Part shown: positions 1 to 8,416 of the stretch, one piece after another
How the letters are laid out: every line of letters begins with the position of its first letter
Position numbering within the stretch: position 1 is the first letter of the stretch
Source of the DNA: Pseudomonadota bacterium
GTDB lineage: Bacteria > Bdellovibrionota_B > Oligoflexia > Oligoflexales > CAIMVM01
Length of the DNA: 25,960 nucleotides
Reading direction: 5' to 3'
Assembly (NCBI GenBank): GCA_037142195.1
Contig: JBAXBA010000050.1
Coordinates: forward strand, 1 to 25,960
Position numbers and translations under genes: made by a program
The notes under the pieces: generated by a model
Databases searched by the model: none
Told to the model about the DNA's origin: nothing
The model's input: the letters and a program-made list of their open reading frames with translations, nothing else

Positions 1-68
1 TATCCTATACCTTGGTTGTGCTTATATCTGGAGCAATTTGTGAGTACACGCCCTATTTAAATTAAAGC

Positions 69-133
69 AGCTCTTTAAGGTAGCTATTTAAGGTAGCTCT
101 TTAAGGTAGCTCTTTAAAGTAGCTCTTTGAAGT
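69..133. repeat. Five tandem copies of a 13-bp unit (AGCTCTTTAAGGT) overlapping the mukF stop codon
   Basis: Units: 69 agctctttaaggt, 82 agctatttaaggt, 95 agctctttaaggt, 108 agctctttaaagt, 121 agctctttgaagt. Confidence 0.95.
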
Positions 134-1435
134 AACTAGGAGCTCCTGCACTTGAATGTGATCATTTATTGGTATCCACTCGGCGCGATAACCTTTTTTA
201 GACTCGCTACCTTGTTTCAGCAAGTCTCCTATGGCTAAAATTGCTGCAGGAAACAAAATATCATCACGATTTCTGAGGGGCGCCAAAATTTCAGAGAGAG
301 CTAAATTAGGACTTAAAGCTAACTTTTGAGTGATCGCTTCCCTAAGCCTATCAAGATCATGAGCTATGGGATCTTCCTCTTCCTTCACTTCTGGAGGGAT
401 CATATCTTGGGAGGGTCTTGTGACTTTTTCTTGGCCCCGAAATTCGTCCTCGCCGCGAACGGATCGCCAGGAGTCTGCTATTGGGGTGAGAAGAGACCAA
501 GGTCTTTCATAAAATTTACCAATTTCATGTCGTAAACGATATGTAAATGCTCGATGGGAGTCAAGGCGCACAGAACTTCGTAGGAATTCGTGAGCATTTT
601 GATAATACTCACTCCATTTTTCGCCTCGAATTATAGTCCATTCAATCATGTCGTCAAGAGTCTGAAATATATCTCTAGCATTGTCTCTAGTTGCAAATGC
701 TGAAGCATTTTCAGCGAGCTCTTCTATGCTAGAAAGTTTTGATTTGAGAATCCCGGTTCCTTGCATCAAAGCTCGATCTAGCTCTTTCAGTGTATTTGCT
801 ACCGAGTTCAATAACTCTTCGCATTTAGCCATGCCATTCATACTATCGTCTTGACTGTAAAGCTCTTCGAACTTTAGCTGGGTATCAAATTGTTTTGAAT
901 CCAGGGACCTTTGTCTTTGGTTTAAAACCTCGATTAAGAGGCCTACCGTATTTCGCAGAGGCATATCCACACGGGGTGCCCAATCATCGTCATAATCCCG
1001 CCCAGTAGCGTGTGTGATAATACCATCCAAGATGTCAGCAATAGAGGCTAGCATAGTTTCTAGGGTTTCTTGGGATAGGCTATCCTGTCTTATCAAATCT
1101 TCTGCTATGGCTTGACCTAGAAAGGAAAGTCGATAATGACTTTCTGCTTCTGAAACGGAAGAGATGCGATTGATCAAGCGCTGTTCCAGAATCTTTCGTA
1201 CTGTTAAGTTAGCGCGCATTTCACGAGTATCGGATGACAAACCAGAGGCTTCGTCAAGAGCAGCAAAGACTTGATGCAAATCACCTTCTGAGACTTTGAT
1301 GGCCGAAGTTGTGCGCGCCCACAATTCAATGCCAGCTAGAAATGCCAAATCAACGGGGGCGAGGGAAATCCCAACAGAGTTCTTTCGAACTGTGTTCATT
1401 TTGCAAAGAATACTATCGTCCCCGGAATTGTACAT
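101..1435 (-). CDS. mukF: Chromosome partition protein MukF (kleisin subunit of the MukBEF condensin), homologue
   Basis: 444 aa, close to E. coli MukF length. Colinear segments resemble E. coli MukF as I recall it: RKNSVGISLAPVDLAFL, SEGDL, RANLTVRKILEQRLINR, YRLSFLG, CEELL, HEFLRSSVRLDSHRAFTYRLR, FYERPWSL and C-terminal WIPIND..VQ. Confidence 0.88.
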   Translation of the reverse strand: MYNSGDDSILCKMNTVRKNSVGISLAPVDLAFLAGIELWARTTSAIKVSEGDLHQVFAALDEASGLSSDTREMRANLTVRKILEQRLINRISSVSEAESHYRLSFLGQAIAEDLIRQDSLSQETLETMLASIADILDGIITHATGRDYDDDWAPRVDMPLRNTVGLLIEVLNQRQRSLDSKQFDTQLKFEELYSQDDSMNGMAKCEELLNSVANTLKELDRALMQGTGILKSKLSSIEELAENASAFATRDNARDIFQTLDDMIEWTIIRGEKWSEYYQNAHEFLRSSVRLDSHRAFTYRLRHEIGKFYERPWSLLTPIADSWRSVRGEDEFRGQEKVTRPSQDMIPPEVKEEEDPIAHDLDRLREAITQKLALSPNLALSEILAPLRNRDDILFPAAILAIGDLLKQGSESKKGYRAEWIPINDHIQVQELLVTSKSYFKELP

Positions 1436-1977
1436 ACACTCTCAAATTTTGGAATGGGAAGGGGATACTAAGCTAAGTCCCAAAATTAGAAAAGTGGAAT
1501 TGTAGAAAAAAAAGTCTGCACTAAATTGGCTCAATTTAGTAGAAGGTTGATACTATTGGTTTACAAGCCTGCCGTGTGGGCTTTTCCCACGGTTTATTCA
1601 CATCCTGAAATCCCATAAATCTCCCATAAGTGCTACCTTATACACCACTTAAGATGCATTCCATTTTAGCAGTCGCTCAGTACAATTAATGAGCTCCCCG
1701 ACTCAATAGATAGATTTGGATTTTGAATCGTATTTTTAAGGACTCTCTTTTTGGGCCACAATAGACACCTTCGTGAAAGATTGCTGAAAAAGAACCTGCT
1801 AACCTGACAATACAATTTTTAGGAAGTTCACGTTTGTCTTGAGAGGTATTGGGTTTCTTTTTTTGCTGTGAGAGTTCCGTCCTTCGCCAATCACTTAATG
1901 TCATTCGTACGGGGATGGGATTTGGAAGATGTTTTCCCATAACTATCTATAATTACTTAGAATTGTACTTGGAAGCT

Positions 1978-2004
1978 TCAATTTTCTATCTCGCCCTCCG
2001 ATAG
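1978..2004 (+). promoter_or_regulatory. Putative sigma28 (FliA) promoter
   Basis: TCAA-N15-TCCGATAG (consensus TAAA-N15-GCCGATAA), 31 nt upstream of the ATG at 2036. Confidence 0.6.
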
Positions 2005-2035
2005 GCTAGAAAAGTATTTTAGAAGAGACTATGAA

Positions 2036-2773
2036 ATGAAGCCAAAAATTAAAGAATATAATTCTGAGGAAGAGGTCAACAGATTGGCTGAATCTGGTGA
2101 TCCCGTTGCTCTTGAAATTCAGGCCCTTGCATGGGAGTTGGGTTTTAAAAAGTCGGGTTCTGCCCAGGACAATATTAAGCAAGCTGCTGAGTTGTGGAAA
2201 AAAGCCTCGGATTTAGGCTCAGCTAAGGCCTCTTTTCACTTGGCCCATCTATTAAATTCTGGTGCTGCAGGGATGATCGACAAGAAGTTGTCGGCTGCTC
2301 TATTCAAAAAGGCAGAAAAAGGCGGCTTTCTAACAGATAAAGAAGCTTGGTTGCGCGTTGACGCTAACAAGAAAAGTTCCGCCAAGTTGGGAAGCTGTCA
2401 TGTTTTACTCATTGATTCTCATGAACAAGATATACAAAGACTGGGATCACTTCTAAAGGCCCATGGGTGCTATTTGAGTCATGTTAAAAATGGCTCGGCA
2501 GGTCTCGAATTCTTAGCTAAAAATGCCGATGTTAAACTTGTTTTCACAGAGCTCAATCTGCAGCTAATGGGTGGCATTGAGTTTCTAAAACGCATGCGAT
2601 CTTCTGACTATAAAAATCTGCCAGTCGTCGTCTATTCCTCGGAAGCTTCCAAAGAACATATTGTTGAGGCAAAAAGACTTAAAATAATGGGCTGGCTGAT
2701 GAAGCCCGTGAGTAAGGAGAAATTAGGTGAGATCATGAAAGTAGTTTCCAAGTCTCAAAATTTGGCGAGCTAA
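2036..2773 (+). CDS. Sel1-like repeat protein fused to a C-terminal atypical receiver (REC) domain
   Basis: The N-half has Sel1-like segments (AAELWKKASDLGSAKASFHLA; SAALFKKAEKGG). The C-half has a REC pattern (VLLID, LVFTELNL..MGGIEFLKRMR, LPVVVYS, WLMKP), with Glu at the phosphoacceptor position. Confidence 0.8.
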   Translation: MKPKIKEYNSEEEVNRLAESGDPVALEIQALAWELGFKKSGSAQDNIKQAAELWKKASDLGSAKASFHLAHLLNSGAAGMIDKKLSAALFKKAEKGGFLTDKEAWLRVDANKKSSAKLGSCHVLLIDSHEQDIQRLGSLLKAHGCYLSHVKNGSAGLEFLAKNADVKLVFTELNLQLMGGIEFLKRMRSSDYKNLPVVVYSSEASKEHIVEAKRLKIMGWLMKPVSKEKLGEIMKVVSKSQNLAS

Positions 2774-2912
2774 CCCAATACGATCCTCCTAATATTCTCT
2801 TAGGTCCTTTCATTTCCAGAGATACGAACAATGTCTTGCAGCAGATAAAATCGACTTTATTGCAATAAACTCAAACACGTTCTCCATACTTCAGCAGAGC
2901 CATTCTAATGTC

Positions 2913-4019
2913 CTAGCATTCCTTTTGCGGATCGTCGATGAAATGACTGGGAGGAGGGCCTCTTTCGATGGGAAGTATTTCTTCAATGGCCGCTTCGCTT
3001 CTTTTAAGGTTTTGACGGATGGTCCTAAATTCTCCACAAGAGCCGTTTTGTGACCAAGTCTCGCACCGCAAAATCTCGCCGTTAGAATCGCCTATTTGGA
3101 CTCCCACATCTAGCTTAATGAGTGCTCTGCCATCATGGTCTCCAAAGTATCCTCTTATCTTTCCTCTATCTGAAAAAGCATTAGGGTCATGGGCAAATAA
3201 GATTTGAAAGACTTGCAACTTTTCTAAACCTTGCTGAAAGTTTCCTTGGTACCACCAATTTCGGGCATTAAAAAAACCTTGAGATTTTTTATCGCCTTGG
3301 GTGTCGCCGCATGCAAAGTCAATCCTTGTGCCGCTACTGCCAAATAGATCCCGAAATTTCATGTCGATTTCAGTTAAGTCCCATTTTGGAAATCCAGAAT
3401 GGGATGCGAATAGGCCGTTGATCCTAAGTGCGGCTGGTCGATCTCTCAGCCATCGGCCTTCTGCTGTCTTTGCGTCGTAGACGGAATTACAAATATCGTG
3501 AAAACTATGAGCCATTTCGTTTCTAAATGCTTCCGTCTTTTCCGTAAAGGGATTTATAAGAAAAGAAATTTCATGGTTGCCAGCAAGGACAATGACGCGT
3601 CCCCCTTTTTTCTCTGCTGCATGTTCTAACTTCATCAGATACTTAATGGTTTCTAGTGAGTTTGGTCCTTTGTTTATAAAATCACCAACCACAACAAAGA
3701 TTGCTTTTTTCCCATTCCAAACGGGCTTTTCAAGGGTCCCTGAATCCAGTCCTGCTGCTTTAATAACGGGATGAATTTTTAGAATTTCGCCATGAATATC
3801 ACCTATAAGATAGATGGGTTCTGTAACGCCCTTAATATCTAAGACCGATGGATTTAAGCTAAAATTTCTCTCCCAGTTTATGATTAGGGCGCAGCTATTT
3901 GCCGGTGCATTTTGGTCCTTGGTAACTAAATCACTGACGAGGGGAGGGGTTCGACACCCCCAGAAGAGGAGGAGTAAAGAGAGATATTTTTTAATTACCA
4001 TCAAGGGCCTCAGAATCAT
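2913..4019 (-). CDS. Calcineurin-like metallophosphoesterase (Shewanella-like/PPP type), probable lipoprotein
   Basis: Motifs GDIHG, GDFINKGPNS, LAGNHE, SHSG, AHD and KLDVG. The hydrophobic N-terminus ends in FWGC. The start could be the second Met. Confidence 0.85.
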   Translation of the reverse strand: MILRPLMVIKKYLSLLLLFWGCRTPPLVSDLVTKDQNAPANSCALIINWERNFSLNPSVLDIKGVTEPIYLIGDIHGEILKIHPVIKAAGLDSGTLEKPVWNGKKAIFVVVGDFINKGPNSLETIKYLMKLEHAAEKKGGRVIVLAGNHEISFLINPFTEKTEAFRNEMAHSFHDICNSVYDAKTAEGRWLRDRPAALRINGLFASHSGFPKWDLTEIDMKFRDLFGSSGTRIDFACGDTQGDKKSQGFFNARNWWYQGNFQQGLEKLQVFQILFAHDPNAFSDRGKIRGYFGDHDGRALIKLDVGVQIGDSNGEILRCETWSQNGSCGEFRTIRQNLKRSEAAIEEILPIERGPPPSHFIDDPQKEC

Positions 4020-4339
4020 TAAGATTTGGTAAAGATGCTCTTATATTGACCGCTAATGTAACGAAAGTCAACGCGGGATGCATACAGATGGACTGCGCCG
4101 AAATTAACGGGAGTTCGGCACTATTGCAATGGATTAGCAAAGTAAATCGCCGTGATTTCCAGTTCTAGATATGCCGGGAAATAGTGACAGCTTAATTGAG
4201 GTTAAAGACAACACTATAAGTGTATCTCCACATTCTATAGCCTAAGCCAGTTTCTGACTCAAAGCTAACAGGCCTGATTTTTCGGAAAGTGCAGGTGCTA
4301 TGTCTGTATTTCTCTTAGGCGTTGAGAGTGGTTGAAGTT

Positions 4340-4376
4340 AAAATAGAAAGCCCACCTCATAGCTAAGAGGCAGGCT
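4340..4376 (-). terminator. Intrinsic terminator downstream of the 4409-5149 gene
   Basis: Minus strand AGCCTGCCTC-ttagctat-GAGGTGGGCT (10-bp stem with two G-U pairs) followed by TTCTATTTT. Confidence 0.7.
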
Positions 4377-4408
4377 CGGCTAGCAAGGGCATTGGGTCTA
4401 TTTAGAGT

Positions 4409-5149
4409 TTAAAGTGATTTGTAGGGATTTTGAGGGCAAATTTCTTTTTGGGTTTGACTGGAAATGGCGAATTCGGCATAGGGCACAAATTTTGAAATAG
4501 TATTCTTTATCGCAGGGTAATTGCTGTTCTCAACAGCATCAGTGCCATCAATCCAATACTTAATTGCTTGCTCGGGGGAGAAATCGCAATATTGTCTAAG
4601 AACCACCGCGGCAACAAGGCCAGATGCGTGCCAGCCGTTCCAACAATGGCCGTAAATGGGGCAGCTCTTTCCGTTTTTTATGCAATTAAAGATTTCGCTC
4701 AATATGGGTTTAAATCCTGTCCTATCGTCTAACGCAGTTAATTGAGTATAGGTCAAGGTATTGGGGCCTCCCCATCGACTTTCGCATGAGACTTCTTTAG
4801 GAATAAAGTTGGTCTCATAAAAATAATAGGCCTTCTTAAAGCCTTCGCGACAAAGATTTTCAAGTCCATCTTGTGGCAAGGGATTCATATTATTTCTCGG
4901 ATTGCTTCGATGATAATAGTTATTAGCTCCTCCTCGGTAGTAGATCCCATGCAGAACAATCCTAAAGTTTCTGGTGCCGTAGAGATCTTCGAAGCCATCG
5001 CCTTTATTGTCAGTGATCTTGGACATGAGCTGATTATTCGTTCCTAGCTTTTCTGCGTATCGTTCTTTATAGGCTTCACTATCTGCGGCTTGGGCACTAA
5101 AACTTTTTAAAAGTGTCAGTAAAAATATAAACCTGTGCCCAAGTTTCAT
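4409..5149 (-). CDS. Secreted tyrosine/dual-specificity phosphatase-fold protein with atypical P-loop
   Basis: Signal peptide ending AQA; NFR..L.GIYYRGG; PIYGHCWNGWHASG matches HCxxGxxRSG except Arg->Ala; followed by a helix and SPEQAI, as in the DSP fold. Confidence 0.7.
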   Translation of the reverse strand: MKLGHRFIFLLTLLKSFSAQAADSEAYKERYAEKLGTNNQLMSKITDNKGDGFEDLYGTRNFRIVLHGIYYRGGANNYYHRSNPRNNMNPLPQDGLENLCREGFKKAYYFYETNFIPKEVSCESRWGGPNTLTYTQLTALDDRTGFKPILSEIFNCIKNGKSCPIYGHCWNGWHASGLVAAVVLRQYCDFSPEQAIKYWIDGTDAVENSNYPAIKNTISKFVPYAEFAISSQTQKEICPQNPYKSL

Positions 5150-6245
5150 AATGTGCTCTCCAGTTTGTGAAGTAATTCCTAATTTTATTTCCCACCTCTC
5201 GATTTGTCATCATAAAAGATAGAACTCAAATTTATTAAGGATGCGTTTGTGAAATAACCTTTAAGAAAGTATAAATATTTGAAAATGTAAACCTCTGAAG
5301 ATAGGGCCTAATCTTCAATAGTTTGCGCTATATTTGAATCTAGAGTTTGTAGTTGATAAAAGGTTGGGGGCATCAGATTTTACGGGGAAATTCGAGGTTG
5401 AATTTTTTCTTGCCTGTGAAATTCTGATGTACTGAACCATGTCACTATGGATTTGAAGAAACACGCATGCTCAGGAAATTGGTTGATAAATAATGATGGA
5501 AGTCGAGTCATGCACGATGGTGCAAAAGGGCACGTCACGGAAGATTTCTGAATTGCCTGCTTCAAATTGTCAGCTCCTATGTAGAAATTTGCAATTCATG
5601 AGAGATAACCTGCGATAGAGGTCATGATTGTATTTCATAGGAAATTTTGATTCGATTCCTCAGTGACTTTATAAAAGTTACTCAGTATTCAAGACTTCTG
5701 TGGATGAGCGGGTAGTCAAAATTGATTGCTCGCTTTGCCTTTTGGCAGGAATCACCAAGAGCAAATGGGAGACGTATTGGGCCAAAATTATGGGCAATTG
5801 GTCAAATATGGAGGCGCAGAGGGTGCCTATTCACACACTGAATGGAATGGGGTCGATGCAAGAAAAAATGATTTAGATTTTGTCCAAGGCATTAATTTAG
5901 AGATCCAATACCAGATGGTCATATAGAATAACAAGTTCCCAGAGCGAATGGACGCATCCGCCATTCGTGAGGCTGTTTTCAACATGGACATCAATCGTGG
6001 TCTATTGATGTATCTGCATCCTTTAGTTATCAAGTCCAAGGGAAATCGCAAAGATCAGTTCCTTTTCAAATTGCTACGATTTAAGAAGCGCCAGTAGAGA
6101 TCTAGGTCCCTTTGAGCCCATTCATCTTACTAGATGTTCTTGGTGCTGCGTTTTAGAGTTATTAGTGAGATTTTTGCTCTTTTTACTATCCTGAAGCATA
6201 ATTTAGGTAGAGTTTGATGTTTCTATCCCAAGAGTTAGCCATTTG

Positions 6246-6293
6246 TTACGCCGCTTCTTACGCCGCTTCTTACGCCGCTTCTTACGCCGCTTC
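6246..6293. repeat. Four perfect tandem copies of the 12-mer TTACGCCGCTTC
   Basis: Copies start at 6246, 6258, 6270 and 6282; intergenic. Confidence 0.97.
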
Positions 6294-6382
6294 AAGATCG
6301 GTTGGTGATTTGATGCTCGAATTTCATTTGCGAAATTGATTGTAAATCTAAATTCTTGATGAGAGTCATTTGAAGGCGGTTT

Positions 6383-6420
6383 AAAAAGAAAATGGACTCG
6401 CTATAAAGGAAGCGAGTCCA
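6383..6420 (-). terminator. Intrinsic terminator for the 6542-7849 gene
   Basis: Perfect 10-bp inverted repeat TGGACTCGCT-N8-AGCGAGTCCA (6393-6420) followed by TTTTCTTTTT on the minus strand. Confidence 0.8.
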
Positions 6421-6541
6421 GATGGTTGAAAAAAACAAGTTCTATCGTCTTAAATCATGAAAGTACTCAAATCCCTTTGAATTTAAATCACTTTTAACAG
6501 TGAAGATCGATTACTAAGAGTCATATCTTTGGATTTCTAGA

Positions 6542-7849
6542 CTAAAACTTGTAAAAAGTCTTTAAAGTAAACACATTGCTTTTGTTTGCAAAAGCGGCGT
6601 TCTTTCCAGAGATAGGAGTCGTCATATCTAAATCAGCTTGGAGGGGTAGTCCCATGGTCAGTCCATCAAAACTTAACCCAATCGTTTGTGAGCGAGTTTG
6701 CGTGGCATCTTCCTTTTGTAGCTTGCCATCTGTTTTGGTTTTAGCGTCCATGTCGTAGCCGTATTTTAGATTGAGTCTGACCATGTCTGTGCACGGTAGC
6801 CAAGCGCCGGGGGCCACTACCAACTTGGCCCAGCCGATCTCTCTCTGGCCGCTTCTTTCATAATCTACTTCCTTTTTTTCTTCCCCGCCTGTGTAGGTTT
6901 TTCCTTTTAGAAGCATAACTTCGGTTTGATTTTCAAACTGCATTTGAAGACCTTGGATAATGCCGTACTCAGCATTGAGTCTAAGGCCCAGATCAGTGGT
7001 TCCACGGCCGTTAGCAGGGCTCATGCCACTCTTGATGGTCTGGGCATATCCGCTGGTATTCCATCGAATGCCGCCCGTAACGGAAAAGTAGAGGGGAATA
7101 CCGCTAAAGAAAGGTTCCTCCATAGTGGAGAGAGAATATCTTGCTCCCGTTTCGATATCTCCTAATCCCTTGTCAAAGTCGAGGTCTTCGATCTTTGCTT
7201 TTTCTACATTGTAAATTTTGTCTACATTAGCATCTGCCAACTGGCTTGCAAGGGTCTGAGATCGAGCTCCATCTAAAACGCTCTTTACGTTTGCTCCGGC
7301 TGGTATGGTAAGTAGGCCAGGAATAGCGATATCTGCAGGTGCAACAGAATTAGAATTATACAAGGCGCTAAGGGTAGGATCGGCGAGAAGATTATTAAAC
7401 CCTTTATTTACTTCTGTCGTAATGCCGGCCTTAACCACGTCGCGAAAGGTATCTTTGCTATGGACTTCAATCTTAGTTTTCAATGAAAAAGGAACTAAAA
7501 ACTGGAAGCCTAGGCGAGGTGTAATTCCATATTCAAATACAGCAGCGCCACCCGTCCCTTCTACTTTGAGGCCCTTATTGACTTTTTTGCCCTTGCTGTC
7601 ATAGCCATAGGTGCCTTCAGACTGGCCATAAACCACTCTAAAACGGGCGACATCTTTGGGGAGAGTTGTCGATTCAGGTATGATTTTTCCAGTTTCTGTA
7701 TGTTTTTCAGAACTAGCATCGGGAGTAGCAATAAGGGCTCTGTCCTGCGCTGATACTGCAGTCTTCTCGCCTGTCTCATTTTCTGCTCCCAAGGAGAGAC
7801 TCGTCGGTATAAGCACAGTAAAAGCTGCTAATAGAGCCAAATTTGCCAT
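6542..7849 (-). CDS. Probable outer-membrane beta-barrel protein (MetA-pathway/phenol-degradation transporter-like)
   Basis: Signal peptide; alternating amphipathic strands (FEYGITPRLGFQFLVPF, GLGDIETGARYSL, DLGLRLNAEY); C-terminal beta-signal VFTLKTFYKF. Confidence 0.65.
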   Translation of the reverse strand: MANLALLAAFTVLIPTSLSLGAENETGEKTAVSAQDRALIATPDASSEKHTETGKIIPESTTLPKDVARFRVVYGQSEGTYGYDSKGKKVNKGLKVEGTGGAAVFEYGITPRLGFQFLVPFSLKTKIEVHSKDTFRDVVKAGITTEVNKGFNNLLADPTLSALYNSNSVAPADIAIPGLLTIPAGANVKSVLDGARSQTLASQLADANVDKIYNVEKAKIEDLDFDKGLGDIETGARYSLSTMEEPFFSGIPLYFSVTGGIRWNTSGYAQTIKSGMSPANGRGTTDLGLRLNAEYGIIQGLQMQFENQTEVMLLKGKTYTGGEEKKEVDYERSGQREIGWAKLVVAPGAWLPCTDMVRLNLKYGYDMDAKTKTDGKLQKEDATQTRSQTIGLSFDGLTMGLPLQADLDMTTPISGKNAAFANKSNVFTLKTFYKF

Positions 7850-7881
7850 TTGTTTTTTTCCTTTTTTATTAAGAGTTAAAG

Positions 7882-7910
7882 ACGATAAAAACAGATTCGC
7901 TTTTTGTCAA
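7882..7910 (-). promoter_or_regulatory. Putative sigma70 promoter of the beta-barrel gene
   Basis: TTGACA (7910-7905)-17 bp-TATCGT (7887-7882), followed by AAGGAAAA before the ATG at 7849. Confidence 0.6.
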
Positions 7911-8416
7911 CTTTCAATTCCATGGGGACCCTTCCCATTACCAAATTTTAAGTCCCAAGGGGCACTTCTTTTGTGGATTTTTTTAAAATGGGGAATGTTA
8001 TGCAGTAAGAATAGTCCTGCCAAAATGCAGTTAACGAAGAGTCAAATAAAAAGCTAGCCTAGGGATTTTCATTGCTTGTCGAAGCAGTGCCACAGTCTCT
8101 ACGAGGATGTATGACGTGGGGAGGGGGAGTGCCTTTTTGGCACAAATTCACAAGATAGCTCACCTGACACGAGTTCCGTCGCCCGACTCTTGGGCAAATG
8201 GCGTGAGACTTTGAGGCTCTATTCAAAATGCTGAATGATTCCAGAATCGGCAGGGGGCAGTTCACGCATTTTGAGTGTGCTTCTTTGAAAGGTTTGAGTA
8301 TGTATTCGTCACTTGGAATCTTTTGAATAATATAAACAGATTACGTGCTACGCGGGGGAGCTTGTATACTTCAAATTTCGTTTAGGATTTTCCAAATTGA
8401 AAAAGTGTTTGCTTCT

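Noticed and set aside
1686..1940. 84-aa ORF upstream of mukF
   Set aside because: No clear RBS or recognisable domain, and it is not smtA/cmoM; probably spurious.
5924..5926. Stop-codon recoding as an explanation for interrupted frames
   Set aside because: TAG, TAA and TGA each terminate well-formed genes in this window, consistent with the standard code.
6246..6293. Tandem repeats here and at 69-133 as CRISPR arrays
   Set aside because: The units are 12-13 bp and directly adjacent with no spacers, and there are no cas genes in the window.
7656..8265. Short ORFs 7656-8057 (+) and 8059-8265 (-), and the other small ORFs overlapping larger genes
   Set aside because: They overlap real genes or promoters or lack an RBS and motifs; no support for coding.
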